From: Camelus dromedarius
Lineage: Eukaryota
Assembly: GCF_036321535.1 (NCBI RefSeq)
Contig: NC_087436.1
Coordinates: 10,416,001-10,480,000, forward strand
DNA length: 64,000 nucleotides
Reading direction: 5' to 3'
Positions 50,301-63,021 of the stretch are shown here, one piece after another (the first letter of the stretch is position 1; each line of letters begins with the position of its first letter). The notes below the pieces were generated by a model. The model made no database searches and was not told the DNA's origin. It saw only the letters and a list, made by a program, of their open reading frames with translations. Both the position numbers and the translations under genes were made by a program.

Positions 50301-51660
50301 ACATACTGTCAGTCAGAAGGGGAGGCAAATTATGAACATTTATAATTAACCCTAATGCACTTTAAACTGTAAGGATCATTAGCAATATATCAGAATAGGA
50401 AAGTGGTCATTAAGTATTCATGTTAATTACCGTCTAACCACTGAACCAAGCTAATATGAGATGCAGCAATGAGCAACTTCTATGATGATCGCAGGAAATT
50501 GAGATTTAACTAAGCTTAATTTTTAATATGCTGCTCTTAGCAGACATTTAATTTAATAAATAGGAGCACAGTGCATTCTCTGTGAACTAAATTGACAGCA
50601 AATCCAAATTAGGAAGAAAAAAAAAGCAAGGCAGTTGGGTATGTATCACAGAGAATAATTTACTTTTGATGCAGGAAACATTTATTAAACACTTCCTTTG
50701 CACCAGACACTGGGCTTGCAACTATTGGTAAAGAGATGAAAGAGATCGGGAGCTTAGAGGTAGAGGGGAAACTGACAAGTAGACCAACTTTGGGGAACAA
50801 GCAGGGCAATGAGTACTATCCACACTCTGAGGAAAGATGTTTGACTTAGCATCAGCCGAAGGAGAAGGTTGATGCTGGACAGTTCTCCGAAGAAAATACG
50901 ATTCCAAATAATTTACATGAAAATTACAATTCTCTCCATGCCAAGGGCTTTCGCAGCTGCCAGCTGCCTCACACGGCTCCAGGAGGCCCCACTGTAATGC
51001 GTGTAAATGGCACCCTGCTCCAAGGGGCTCTTCACACAAACACCATGTGAGCTGTGCCCCTGGAAGCCGTGCAGCCCAGTGGGCTGAAAGCCAAGGCCGT
51101 TTCTCCAGGTGAAGCTTATTATACAGATCTTACAGCACCCCAAGTCTAACATGATTCAGTCTTAAAATAAGAACTCTTTTCCATATAAAAAAAAAACGCA
51201 GCTGCCTGCCTCTACCTTGTCTGTCTACCTCTGAAACTGTTTCCTTCCTAAAATTCTGTCCACTCCATGTCATCCCCTGTAGGGGAGTCAGGAGCCCAGC
51301 CAAGGCCTCCCCTCTTCACCACATACAAGGAACAGAGACAGCTTCCCCCACCTCCACTCATCTAGAAAACCATCCTCAAATTTGAGACTTGAGAAGAGTC
51401 CTTGTCTAAAGATTTGAAAAATTTAGAGATTTTTTTTTCCATCAGAAAATTTAGAGATGTGGCTATTTCTTTAACTACATGTCACTGAGGAATAGAAGTC
51501 TTGAAGACCAAACACTCTTCCCCCAAGAATAACAATGAAGTCCCACCTCCATGATGAAAGGAACAACTTGCAAGTAAGGGAAGGAGGGGGTAGTTAGAAG
51601 TATGCTTCCCTTCCTCAGTGGCTCCAATACCTCTGAGAATTGTTTGCTTCTTAGGATGGG

Positions 51661-51681
51661 GTGTGTGTGTGTGTGTGTGTT
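51661..51681. repeat. (TG)n microsatellite
   Basis: gtgtgtgtgtgtgtgtgtgt. Confidence 0.9.
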
Positions 51682-52168
51682 TTCCAAGAGTACTCCCTTG
51701 ATCCTCAAAAGACTATAACTTGCATGCCTAAAACTCACACCAGCTGCTACTCTGGATGCCTGCCTGGATGCTCTGAAGGGCTCACACATACCTGTGAATT
51801 GTCCTTGAAGACTTCGAGTCCTTGCCACCACCAAGGACTGCCTGCTGGGGATGAATTTTGGAAGTCTTTAGACCAGACAGTCTGCAGATTAGATAACTAT
51901 ATTAAATTTACTGCTATGAAATGGAAATAGGTCCTGGGGACCTTCTGATTTCTCTGAGTAGGTTGTGAGCTTTCTCAGCTGGAGAGAGGTTCCCTGTTGG
52001 ACGGTAGGATGGGGACTGCTAACTGATACAGAGCCCAATACGTAACTGTTCATAGTAAAATCAGTGATAGGACAAGATGGGTCTCCACTTTTGAGTTAAG
52101 TTAGAAACTGGGAACAACTATAAGGTGACTTATAGTGAAGGTTTAAATCCTTAAGCGCTTTTTGCTTG

Positions 52169-52759
52169 TGAGACAGGAGGGAAGGGGGCAGGGCACAGCC
52201 ATTGAAGGAATGACACAGCAATGAGGACAGGACACACTGGTTAGAACCAAGATGGCAGAAGATCGAATTCCAGTAGACCTTGAGCCTCACGGCACACCCA
52301 CTGGTGCCATGACAGTGCCTCGGCTGACCATAAAAGGGCAAAAGTGGGTGGGACCCAGTTCCTGGAAATCCCTGCCCCTTTCTCATAATAGTTGGAATAA
52401 TCCTCCTACTCGTTAGCATGTGAAATTACTCAGCCCATAAAAACTAGCAAGTCCACACTTCGTGGTTACTCTCTCTCTGGCTTTCTGAAACAGCTCACAC
52501 TCTGTCTATGGAGTGTGTATCTACTTTTACTTTAAACTGAGCATCCAACACCTCTCGGCTTCTCGCTCCCTCACCTTTTGAGATGGCCCACATTCTGCCT
52601 AAGGAGTGTGTATCTCCTAAGTCGCTTTCCCTTCTGCGTGAAACAGACCACACTCTGTCTATGGAGTGTATAGCTGTCTAAATAAACTTGCTTTCACTTT
52701 ACTATGCCTTGCTCCTGAATTCTTTCCTACATTAGGCAAAAAGCTATTCTCCGGGAACA
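52169..52759 (+). mobile_element. MER41-like ERV1 solo LTR
   Basis: TG..CA termini with a near 4-bp TSD (cttg/ctta). MER41 hallmarks: tgccatgacagt, cactctgtctatggagt, aataaacttgctttcactttact..cctgaattctttc. Confidence 0.85.
52359..52367. promoter_or_regulatory. GAS (STAT) element within the MER41-like LTR
   Basis: TTCCTGGAA is a perfect TTCN3GAA. A variant TTCTCATAA lies at 52380-52388. Confidence 0.55.
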
Positions 52760-53269
52760 CTTAGACTATAGGAAAGATATATTTAGTATATAGTTGTCTT
52801 TTTAAAAACTCTCCCTCTCCCTTGCAAGCCCTTTTAGAAGCACAGATCTTTCTGGGAGGTCTTATAAGTTCCTCTAGCCTTGTAAGGAAGCCTGGTGGTA
52901 AATAAAGAGAAGGGGGCTCCCATGCCCCTCTGCTGGGGCAGCGCAGAGAGAAGGGCTTGGGAGAGCCAGTCTTGGGAGCAGTGTGAGCTATAACACTAAG
53001 GTTGTTAGAAAAGGAGGAGGGACAGCTCCGAGGTCGGCTACCTCGGGAAACCGAGTAACAGCAGTGACTCCTCCAGTCTGAATAGACTCCATCACAGGTG
53101 AAGGGAAGGGCACGCCCAGCCCAGCACCGCAGATGGGGGAGCTGCTCCTTAGCTGTGACTAAGGAGCCTCTCCATGAAGTCGTGGGGCTGGCTCTACATT
53201 CAGCACACATATCGGGCCAGTCATGGAGGCATAAAGAGTGAAGTGGGAGGGGCTTAGAGTTTAAACTCT

Positions 53270-56200
53270 GTCATGTAAAGAGCTTAGGGATCATCACTCT
53301 CCTTCCAAAAAGATAAAGCTGAACAAACTCAAAATTGATGCTTTTTCTTGGAACCATTAGAGAATGAGGTGGTAGGGATAAAAAACACCGCCCCCAAACA
53401 CAGCGAGACAGATGCATACAGAGACTTTTGGGCAGTTTCAGAATACACACAGAGAAGCTGCTAGAACCATACGCTGCTGGTAGCACCAATGATTTTGATG
53501 TATTACTGGAGGCACACTATGGACTTGGTTGAGAATGAGAATTTCCTGGGAGCTGCGTTCTTAGTGGAGGCCCCACCTTTCCTGGGTTTTGCCACCAGGA
53601 AACTTGGCTAGATCTCATGTGAACAGCTGAGAAAGACACCACTGTGGCACTAGTGGGGAGAAGGGGAGAGTAACCATCAAGAAATGTCCTAGAGACTCAT
53701 CCTTCAGTGACAGTATCTTAGCACAGTCATAGTAACCTACCTGAGTGAAGGGCATTGCCCCCACTCCAGGCCTTTCTAGGAAACTAAGCAAGACTTGTGA
53801 AGACCACAGCCCAGAAACACAGGCCCGCTAAAAGACTCAATCATACAATTACAGAATACAGCCCCTCTTCTGTAACTTACCACTGTACCAGCAGGGCTTC
53901 TGGATGATAATAGCAGATTACAACTGAGCACACTGCAGGGTGCAAACTCTCTTTGAGAAGGAGCTCTTAGAGAGATTCAGAGTCAACAGAACAGATAGAC
54001 ACAGGATGCTAGAAGAATCTGAGGCATCTGGTAGCAGACGCTGTAGCAAACAGTAAATACAGCCCAATTTCTGGCCAGAATAACAGACACTCACTTCCTG
54101 TGCGTCTACTTCAGTTTCTACTACCTAATATGACACATGTGATTTTCAACCAAAAAAAAAAAAAAAAAATTAGAAAGCATACCAAAAAGGAAGAAAGAAA
54201 AAAGTTTGAAAAGATGGAAAAAAGCACAAGAACCAGATTCAGACATGACAGATATTGGAATTATCAGATAGGGAATTTAAAAATCAATTCTTCATACGTT
54301 AAGGGTTGCGATGGAAAAGGGAGACAGCATACAAGAACAGATGGGTAGGGTAAGTAGAGAGGTAGGAACTCCAAGAAAGAATCAAAGGAAAATGATAGAA
54401 ATCAAAACACTGTAACAGAAATGAAGAATGCATTTGATAGGCTCATCAACAGACTGGAGAGGGCCAAGAAAACTACCAATGAGTTTGACAACAAATGAGT
54501 AGAAACTTCCCAACTGAAATGCAAAGAGAATGAAAAAAAAAAAAAGCAGAACACGCAAGAACTGTCTGATTATTTCAAAAGATTTAACATTTGCATAGCT
54601 GAAATAGCAGCAGCAGAAATAAAGATAACAAAGCAGAAGACATAGCTGCAGGATACAAAGCTGATACACAAAAGTCAACTGCTTTCCTATGCACCCAAAT
54701 GCCTGTATACTGTCAGTGAACAACTGGAATCTGAAATTTGAAAAGCAAAGCAACACCATTTTCAATAGCACCCAAAAAACAAATATTTAGGTAAAAATTT
54801 AATAGAATAATTAAAGGATCTTTGTGGGAAACTACAATGTCTTGATTGTAAAAATCAGAGAAAATCTAAATAAATGCAGACAGATTTTGGGTTCACAGAT
54901 GGGAAGGCTCAATAGTGATAAGGCGTCAGTTCTTCCTAACTTGAGCTATAGATTCAGCACAACCTCCATCAAAATCCCAATAAGCTGTTTTTGTAGACAT
55001 TGACAAGTTTATTCTAAAGCTTATATGGAAAGGCAAACATCTAAAAGAGCCAACACGATAGTGAAGAAGGAGAAAGCTGAAGGACTCACACTACCCGCTT
55101 TCAAAACTTACCATGAAGTGACAGTAATCAATTCGGAGTGGTACTGGCAAAAGAATGAATGTATAAAACAACGGAACAGAATAGAGAGTGCAAGAATAAA
55201 CTCATAATTATTATCAACTCATCTTTGAAAATAACAAAAGCAACTCAATGGAGAAGAGATAGTCTTTTCTATGAATGGTTCTGGAAGAACTGGCCATTCA
55301 CACGTGAAAAATCACATCTAGACACAGAATCTTACATCTTCCACAAAAATTAACTCAAAATTGATCACAGAACTAATTTAAGTGAAAACTATAAAACTTC
55401 TAGAGGAAAACAAAGGAGAAAATGTGAGTGACTTTGGCTTCAGCAATGAAGTCTTAGACAAGATACTAAAATCATGATCCATGAAAGAAAAAACTGATGT
55501 TAGAATTTATTAAAATTATAAACCTCTATTCCTTAAAAGACTTTTAAGAGAATGAAAACTGAGGCCATAGACTGGGAGGAAATACTTGAAAACTACATAT
55601 TGGATAAGGAACTTGTATCTAAAATATACAAAGAACTCTTTAAAATCAATAAGAAAACAAACAACCCAGTGAAAAATGGCCAAATGATCTCAACAGACAC
55701 CTCACAAATACAGGTGACAAATAAGCGTAGGAAAGATGCTCACCATGATACGTCATTAGAGAATTGCAAATTAAATCAACGAGATACCACTACACATCTA
55801 TTAGAATGGCTTGAACCCAACTGATAACACCAAACGTTCTCCAAGGATACAGAGCAACAGGAACTCTCATTCATTCCCGGTGGGAATGCAATAGGGTGCA
55901 GCCACCTTGGAAGACAATTTGGTAGTTTTTTTAAACAAATCTAAATATTACCATATAGTTAGATTTAGATTTTATATTTAGATTTAGATTTACCATATAC
56001 CAAATACATACCATCTGTATATGTACTGGTCTGTGTACATACACGTTTATAAATATTTCTACATGTAATTGAGCTAAACATGAGTTCACTTGTAGCTATT
56101 TACCCAACTGACTTGAGATTTATGTTTCCACAAAAACCTGTACACAAAGGTTTATAGCAGCTTCATTCATAATTGCTAAAAGCTGAAAGAAACCAATATA

Positions 56201-57662
56201 TCATTTAATAGGTGAATAGATAAATAAATTCTGGTACATCCATACAATGGTACATTATTCAGAGATAAAAAGAAATGGCCTATCAAGCCGTAAAAAGCAA
56301 TGAGTGAATGCTAAAAGTATATTATCATGTTAAAGAAGCCAGTCTGACAGGGGCAAATTTATGTATAATTCCAATTACATGCCATTCCGGAAAAGGAAAA
56401 ATCATAGGAACAGTGAAATAAACAGTGATAGGGCAGTGAAAACATTCTGTAGGACACTGTAATGGTGGGCGCGTTAGAAACACATTTGTGCAAATCTATA
56501 AAACTTCACAGTACAAAGTGTAAACCTGAAAATGTACACGAATTAAAACATATCATTTCAAAGGCTGGGAGATCCCAAGACGGAATGTGAAAAATACAAT
56601 CTAAATATGTGACAAAGATATGAAATGACCTCACAGAAAAGTATGCGGGAAACTGTGCTGACCTAAGTACTTCAGAGAGAGTGGAGTCTCTAAGATTAAA
56701 AGCAAGAAGTAATTGCACATCAGCACTGTGTTGCCGCTCATATAGCTGTCCCCGTGGAGGTACGAGTTGACAGCTCTGGTACCCAGCTAGACACGTAGGC
56801 TGGGATGGAGCAATTAAGTAAGTGGTTGGCAGATAATGAGGGCCAGGCTTCTCAGTGTTGGAGTGGGAGGTTGCAGTTAAGCAGAGGGAGAAGCCAGGTG
56901 CCATGTGGTATTAGAGATGAAAACATCACTATGATTAGAGTTGGCGACATCAGTATGAACTCACATTTAGCTTAACTACATGTAGAAATATTTGAAAACA
57001 TGTGTATGCACAAGGATTAGTACATATGCAGATACCTCTCTGCTCTGTCAGCTGAGAGGACTTAGAAGCAGACACTCCTCCAGCAAGGAATATACCTCGC
57101 ACTTAGATTTTGGTTTCTAATACTGTTCTCCAATAAAAAGGACCAGGGCTGCCTGGAGAAATGGCTGATTCCAGGACTGGGGCAGGAAATATACAAGATG
57201 AGCCTGGAGCAACCTGCAGTGCCAGAAAGTACGGAAATGCTGAGAAACAAAACAAAAAACCAACCGAACCACCGACCAATCAAACGCAATGACGGGTATA
57301 TGCCAAAGGGACATAGAAGCCAAACAAAATCACTGTCAATGGCTGCAGTTGGAATAATCTGAACCAAGCAAAACAAAGTATTATATATATCAGATTATAA
57401 CCCAAAGCATAAATTAAATACCTATGAATTTATAGTGATATAAATAACTGAATACAAAATAAATGGGGAAGAGAGAAATCTCTCATGTGGAATTCTAAAT
57501 AAATTATGCAGATAGTCCACTCTCAAAGGCGGAGGAGGAGCATGATTCCCCATTCCAGTACAGACAGTATAAAGTAACAGAGTATAATATATAGTATATA
57601 TGGTATATAGTATGTGTGTATGTATATACAGTATATAGTGTGTGTGTATATATATACAGTGT

Positions 57663-57712
<50 letters not shown>

Positions 57713-58300
57713 CAGTGTATAGCAACAGTATATAATAATGATATGGAAAGATGGAAAAGACGAGTTAACATCACAGTGGAGAAACCCAACAGACCTCACC
57801 TTGGTCGAGTTACTAGGGTTAACACCAACAATGATGTCAGGTTGATAGTATGTACCCTTTTTAGATGTGATGAAAATGGTACTTTACCTCTGGGATCTTC
57901 CTCCCCCGTAATCCCAGTCTGAGAATCAGAAAAATTATGAGGAACCATCGAGGAGCATTCTATATAATACCTGACCAATAATCTCCAAGGCTGTCAAGGC
58001 CACCAAACAAGGTGGGTCTGGGAAACTGCCACAGATCAGAGGAGATGAGAAGGCATGCGGTTAGATGGGATGTATCTTGAATGGGATGCTGGGAAAATGA
58101 CATTAGGTAGAAATGAAGGGAAGCTGAATAAAGTACAGACTTTAGTTAATTTTAATGTATTAACATTAGTTCATTAATTGTAACAATTATGCCAGACTAA
58201 TGTAAGGTCCTCAGAGGGGAAACTATACAGAGTGTATGGGAACTCTTTGTATTAAGTGAGCTTTTCTGTAAATCTAGAACAGTTACACAATTTTTAGAAA
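53270..58300 (+). mobile_element. About 5-kb old L1 (L1MC/MD-type): 5' UTR, ORF1 remnant, ORF2 3' half, long 3' UTR
   Basis: ORF1-like 54100-54600 (atcaaaacactgtaacagaaatgaagaatgcatttgataggctcatca). ORF2 peptides EGLTLPAFKTYH and WEEILENYILDKELVSKIYKEL. 3' end gtatgggaactctttgta..ttttctgtaaatctagaac. Confidence 0.88.
57580..57735. repeat. Compound (TA)n/(TG)n microsatellite
   Basis: Includes a run of about 13 TG units followed by about 10 TA units. Confidence 0.92.
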
Positions 58301-60779
58301 GTTTGTTTTCAAAACTGAAACATGGATTCTATTTTTCAGGTCTGTGAAAACTACACTCCATTTCTCCAAACAGTTCTAATCAATAGCCAGTAGAAAAGTG
58401 CACACGTCCAAAGACAAATGATTTAATTACTCTGACAAATTGGTCTAAATTACATGGTTCAGGCACTTAGCACAAAGAAAGGCAAGTGAAGGTAGGCATT
58501 TTGATGCAAGTTATTTTTACCTTCTTAGGAGAAATAAACAAATAACTACAAGAGGTCGGCAGAAAAATATGTATTACTTGTTTGGGATTCAAAAGTGACC
58601 AAATTGGTTTTACTTAAAGCTCCAAATAAATTAATCACCACTGGGTTGAAAATAGGCTAACTTCCACCCTCATCTCTGTAGAAATGAGGAAATTTAGTGA
58701 AAGATTGAAATTCCTAAAATTTAGTGTGCAGTGTCTTTGAAGAATACATTTGCTATGTGGACCAGACATGTTCAAGAAGTCTGTTTACCAAGGATATGAA
58801 AATGTAATTGTGTAAGAAGGAAAACAAAAACAAAAAAGAAACTTCAGTTTCTTGAGTAGCTTTATGAACACATTTAAAGATGTTTAAATAAAATATGGGC
58901 TTCTAACTTTTTCCAGTGTGAAAACATCTTATCTATCTTTTTATCATAAAAAGTTTAGCAAGCCATTGATTTCATAGTAAATATATTTTATGTATATATT
59001 TATTGAGAAAAAGCATTGCCATGTGAAATTTTCTGATTGTAATAACTTTGTCATCCATCCCCTAGATTTATGTCTCCATCTTGAAAGTCACTGAGATGTC
59101 TAGATGTTTTGCTTAAAATTTGAAATACGTAGTTTTTACCATCCTCATTGAGCCTGAAAATACAGCTTTCAGGAAGATTGGTTTCCTTTCAAATTCTCTT
59201 GATCTTTGAGCTCATTTCAAGAGGATTATGTTACTCATTACTCAAGGGAAGTTTCAGAAAGGCATATGCCTTTGTAACAAGTAGATGCTATAGAACATTT
59301 CACATCAAATATTTTAAACACCTTTCATTGACCCACTTAAAACCATTACCATTGGGTTACTGCATTATTTAATATACACAAAATTCTGCATCGCTAACAT
59401 GTGAAAAATGTATGAGGATATAAATAAAGATGTGATTGAATTTCTAGGTTTATTAGAGGAACTTTTATCATTTACATAAATGTAGTTTTTTCCCCTAAGT
59501 TCTGCAAAACTCTTAATTAAAAATAACTTTCTAGACCACTTTCCTTGTTTTGTCCATGCTAAGGGACTCTGAACCTCTATTCATTTCCTTTTCTATCTTA
59601 CCAGCTGAAATTTCTACTCAATTTTTTATAATCAAAGAGAGATTTTATTTTTTGGACACTGTCACTCTTCTAGAAGAGCTACATGTTTCCCTCTTCACAT
59701 TTGCATTTAGGGAACTAGAAGACAACAGTATAATTTAATATTTTCTAATGTTTCTACTATATATTTTACATACTTAGTTTATTAATGTTTGAATGTCATC
59801 AACCACTGGGGTACATCTTTTTTGCCTGTATTTTTTACCTGACGTTCCAAATATATCTTGGTAGTTCACTCAGACTTCTTTTGCAAGTAAGTAGATTGGC
59901 AAATAAGTAGATTTCTTAGTTGCAAGTATATATCAAAAATCAGTAAATTCTTAGTACTCACTCCCAAAGAATCTCCCTCTTCCCTCTCCAGTAGTGATAA
60001 ATGCATAAAATAAAGAAAAAAAGGCAATACAGTTCTAGTATTTTATTAAATTTAAACTTGTTATCCAATTTAAGTTTTTAATAATCAGTAATAATCATGG
60101 TAAATATACGGTTTTTAAACAAAATCTTGTCAAATGAAACATATGGAAGCCTACTTGTGGATTTCCTTCCATATCTGAGGTTAACTGAACATACAGTATC
60201 CATAATATAGTAGAATTTACTTATTTTAACATTAAAATTATGTGTGACCTAATCAGAATTACATTTCAATATCCAAAATATGATTGAGTATACTAGTGTA
60301 TACACTGAGTCTTTTTTTTAAAATCATGGACACTTGACCTGATTAATAACTCAGATATCAATTACCAAGATTTTTCTTTTTATAGTACATTTATTTGCCA
60401 CAAATGACTCTTTGCCATTCTCAGAAATTACATGTCCTTAAATATTCAGTAATATCTGGGTTTTGAATATCATAGTTTAATTGATGATAAATCAATGCCC
60501 AAATTCAAAATGATAAAAGATACATTCACTGTCAATAAATTACTTTTTTAATTTTTGTTTCCTGAGAAGCTGACACTTGTAAGTCTCCTTGTGGCCCCTT
60601 ATCTGTGTTTTTCTCCTTGTGATGTCTTTTCCCAGCTCCCATAATTTTGTCATGCAGTCTATAAGAAACTACTCCAGCAGTAACCCTGCAATATCTTGCC
60701 TGGTTACATACTTGCTTCCCTGTCTGTGAGAGCTTGGTAGTTTATTTACTCCACCACCAGAGAGCCTCTTGCATTGCAT

Positions 60780-60925
60780 TGCTGTTTGTTCATTGTCTGC
60801 CTCCCTACCTACATTGAGGGTACTCTGAGAAAGGGGTGAAGCTGTTTTCCAATGAATCTCTTCTATCTTCAGGGCCAAAACCAGATCATAACACTCAGCA
60901 GATACTCAATAATATTAGATGAATA
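60780..60925 (+). mobile_element. L2 3' terminus fragment
   Basis: ttgtctgcctccctacctacattgag..gcagatactcaataatattagatgaat. Confidence 0.6.
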
Positions 60926-62521
60926 TTAAAATAGGAAGAAGAAATGCAGGCCTCCACAATACAGAAAATATTGTCCACATGTTAATGACAAGCAAAAACA
61001 TTACCCAGGGCTGAACCCTCTTTTAACACTGTCTACATACATGACTTATAAGAATGGTATAAAAAAGTAAGTTAAAATTGAAGTCGTAAAGAGAGAAGGT
61101 CATTTTGCCAGGATATGACAAAAACTGCAAACTACTTTCATGATAAATAGGATGCTGGCACCAAATGAGAGACTATAAGATATAGAAAACTATCCAACAG
61201 TTGATGCTAAAAGAGAAAACCAAAACTTAATTTGAATGCATCAAAAATTATGAGCTTTCACAGAGTTCTAATGTCGCTAATTTCACCATAAAAGAGAAAA
61301 GAACATACATGTATATACATAAACAAATGTGTAATTTGGAACTGATTCTCTCAGAGCTAAATTTGGATATGCAAATAGTAATTTTTAAAACAGCAGCTGT
61401 GAAGAGCCATGTAAAGATAAATTTGACATTTACAATGTATTCTGCTTCATTGTGGAAGAAAAATTTTGAACTGATGTTAAAAGAAGAAAAAGAAACTTTG
61501 TTTTTTGACACAGTAAAATAAAAAGAGACTTTGGTGGACTTTATATCCTTCCAAAGATTTCCTGTATGCTCAAGGCATGCACCTTAAGAGAATTTTTTCC
61601 CCCAGAATAGAGTCATATGAAATAGAGAGAAAGCTCTAATATGACATTACGCCCTGTTGCCTGATTCCTGACTACACCTTTTCAGTAACATGTAATAGAT
61701 GCTTTACAACGGACTAAACAGCTTCTTAAAATTTAATCCATAATGCACAGGAAATGCCTGAAGCTTGAAACAGTAGCTTAAAAGGAGCAAGGCTGCTGTA
61801 GCCAAAGAAAAGAAAAAAGGATCTAGAGAAGCAAAAAAAACCCAGGAAGGAATGGTAGTTCAGGAATTATAGGAGTGAGTTGAATGATACCTAGGTGTCA
61901 CACTTTATTGCTTAATCATAATCAATACCCATGATAACTTGTTTCATGCAGGCTTATCTAGGGCTTCTGAGCTGCTGCCAGGTGCAAACAGCAGGTATGC
62001 TTTAGGGCATTTGCTGTAAAGATGCTTCATGACCTTTGGCAATGGGAACTCCCAATAACAGGAACCACCCAAAGGATTTGCTCGGACAAGCTGCAGACAG
62101 ATTTCTTGTGCTCATTCAGTAGGCTGAGAAGTAAAGCCCTGACCAAAGAGACCGTGGTTTCAGAGCAGGGGTAAGCTTCGCCCCAGGACCCTTGATCTCT
62201 TGCTTTCTTTGACCCCAGAATTCATCATCAAATAAAAATGCAAGTTACATATTATATGTTGCTACTGCTGAAAACTCTCCCCAGATAGTTTCTGTCAGAC
62301 AACTCAAGGAGGATAGACAAAATAAGAGAGCATTTTCCAACAATTTATCTATTAAAGAACATTATAAAAGTCTATTTTGTTAAGGTAAGAAAACATTAAG
62401 GCTATTCAATAAAAGTAACCCAATGATCATTCCATATTACACAAAATTATATAGCTTTGTTTAAGAATCACTTCATGATTTAGATAAGTTAATACAATAC
62501 TATGTCCAGATTTTACACTGT

Positions 62522-62596
62522 TACTGTATAGCACAAGAAAATATATACAAGATCTTGTGGTAGCTCACAGCGATGGTGGGGGGGAATATGACAATG
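62522..62596 (+). mobile_element. Short internal L1 3' UTR fragment without poly(A)
   Basis: tactgtatagcacaagaaaatatatacaagatcttgtggtagc resembles 8478-8518 and 41369-41410. Confidence 0.65.
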
Positions 62597-63021
62597 TTAC
62601 AAATCAAGACGCTCTTGTCATTACTATACATTCTCTATGCTCCTGTGCATAACAAAAATCTCCTGCTGGGTTGTGGTCAACATGTAGGAAGACTGGTTGA
62701 TATAATATTGGAAATTGGCATCTTGCAAAACAGTGAATCCTCCCAAACCTGTCTTTGAATATTACAGAAGTGTAAAAACCTAAGAAATGTACATACTTGA
62801 ATACTGGTCTTGTTTTAGGCATTTGGAACTCAACTTAGTGACTGAGTCAAAGGTCCAGTATATAACACATTGTTTAACAATTTTCTAGCTATGCAGGATT
62901 TCCATGTGTTTCAAATACAATAATATAAGAAAAAAATAATGACTCAGAAAGAATTATTTTTCAATTATCTATATAGAATTTTTCTAAATTTCTGTGTTGT
63001 ATTAAAAAATGTCTAGAGGTT

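Noticed and set aside
52761..53210. 149-aa ORF
   Set aside because: Non-ATG start, no recognisable homology and no convincing splice context.
57422..57922. Several ORFs rich in Y/I/H/T/V/C
   Set aside because: These are translations of a compound TA/TG microsatellite.
60751..60768. Third CTCF-like motif CCACCAGAGAGCC
   Set aside because: Weaker match adjacent to an L2 remnant, not supportable without binding data.
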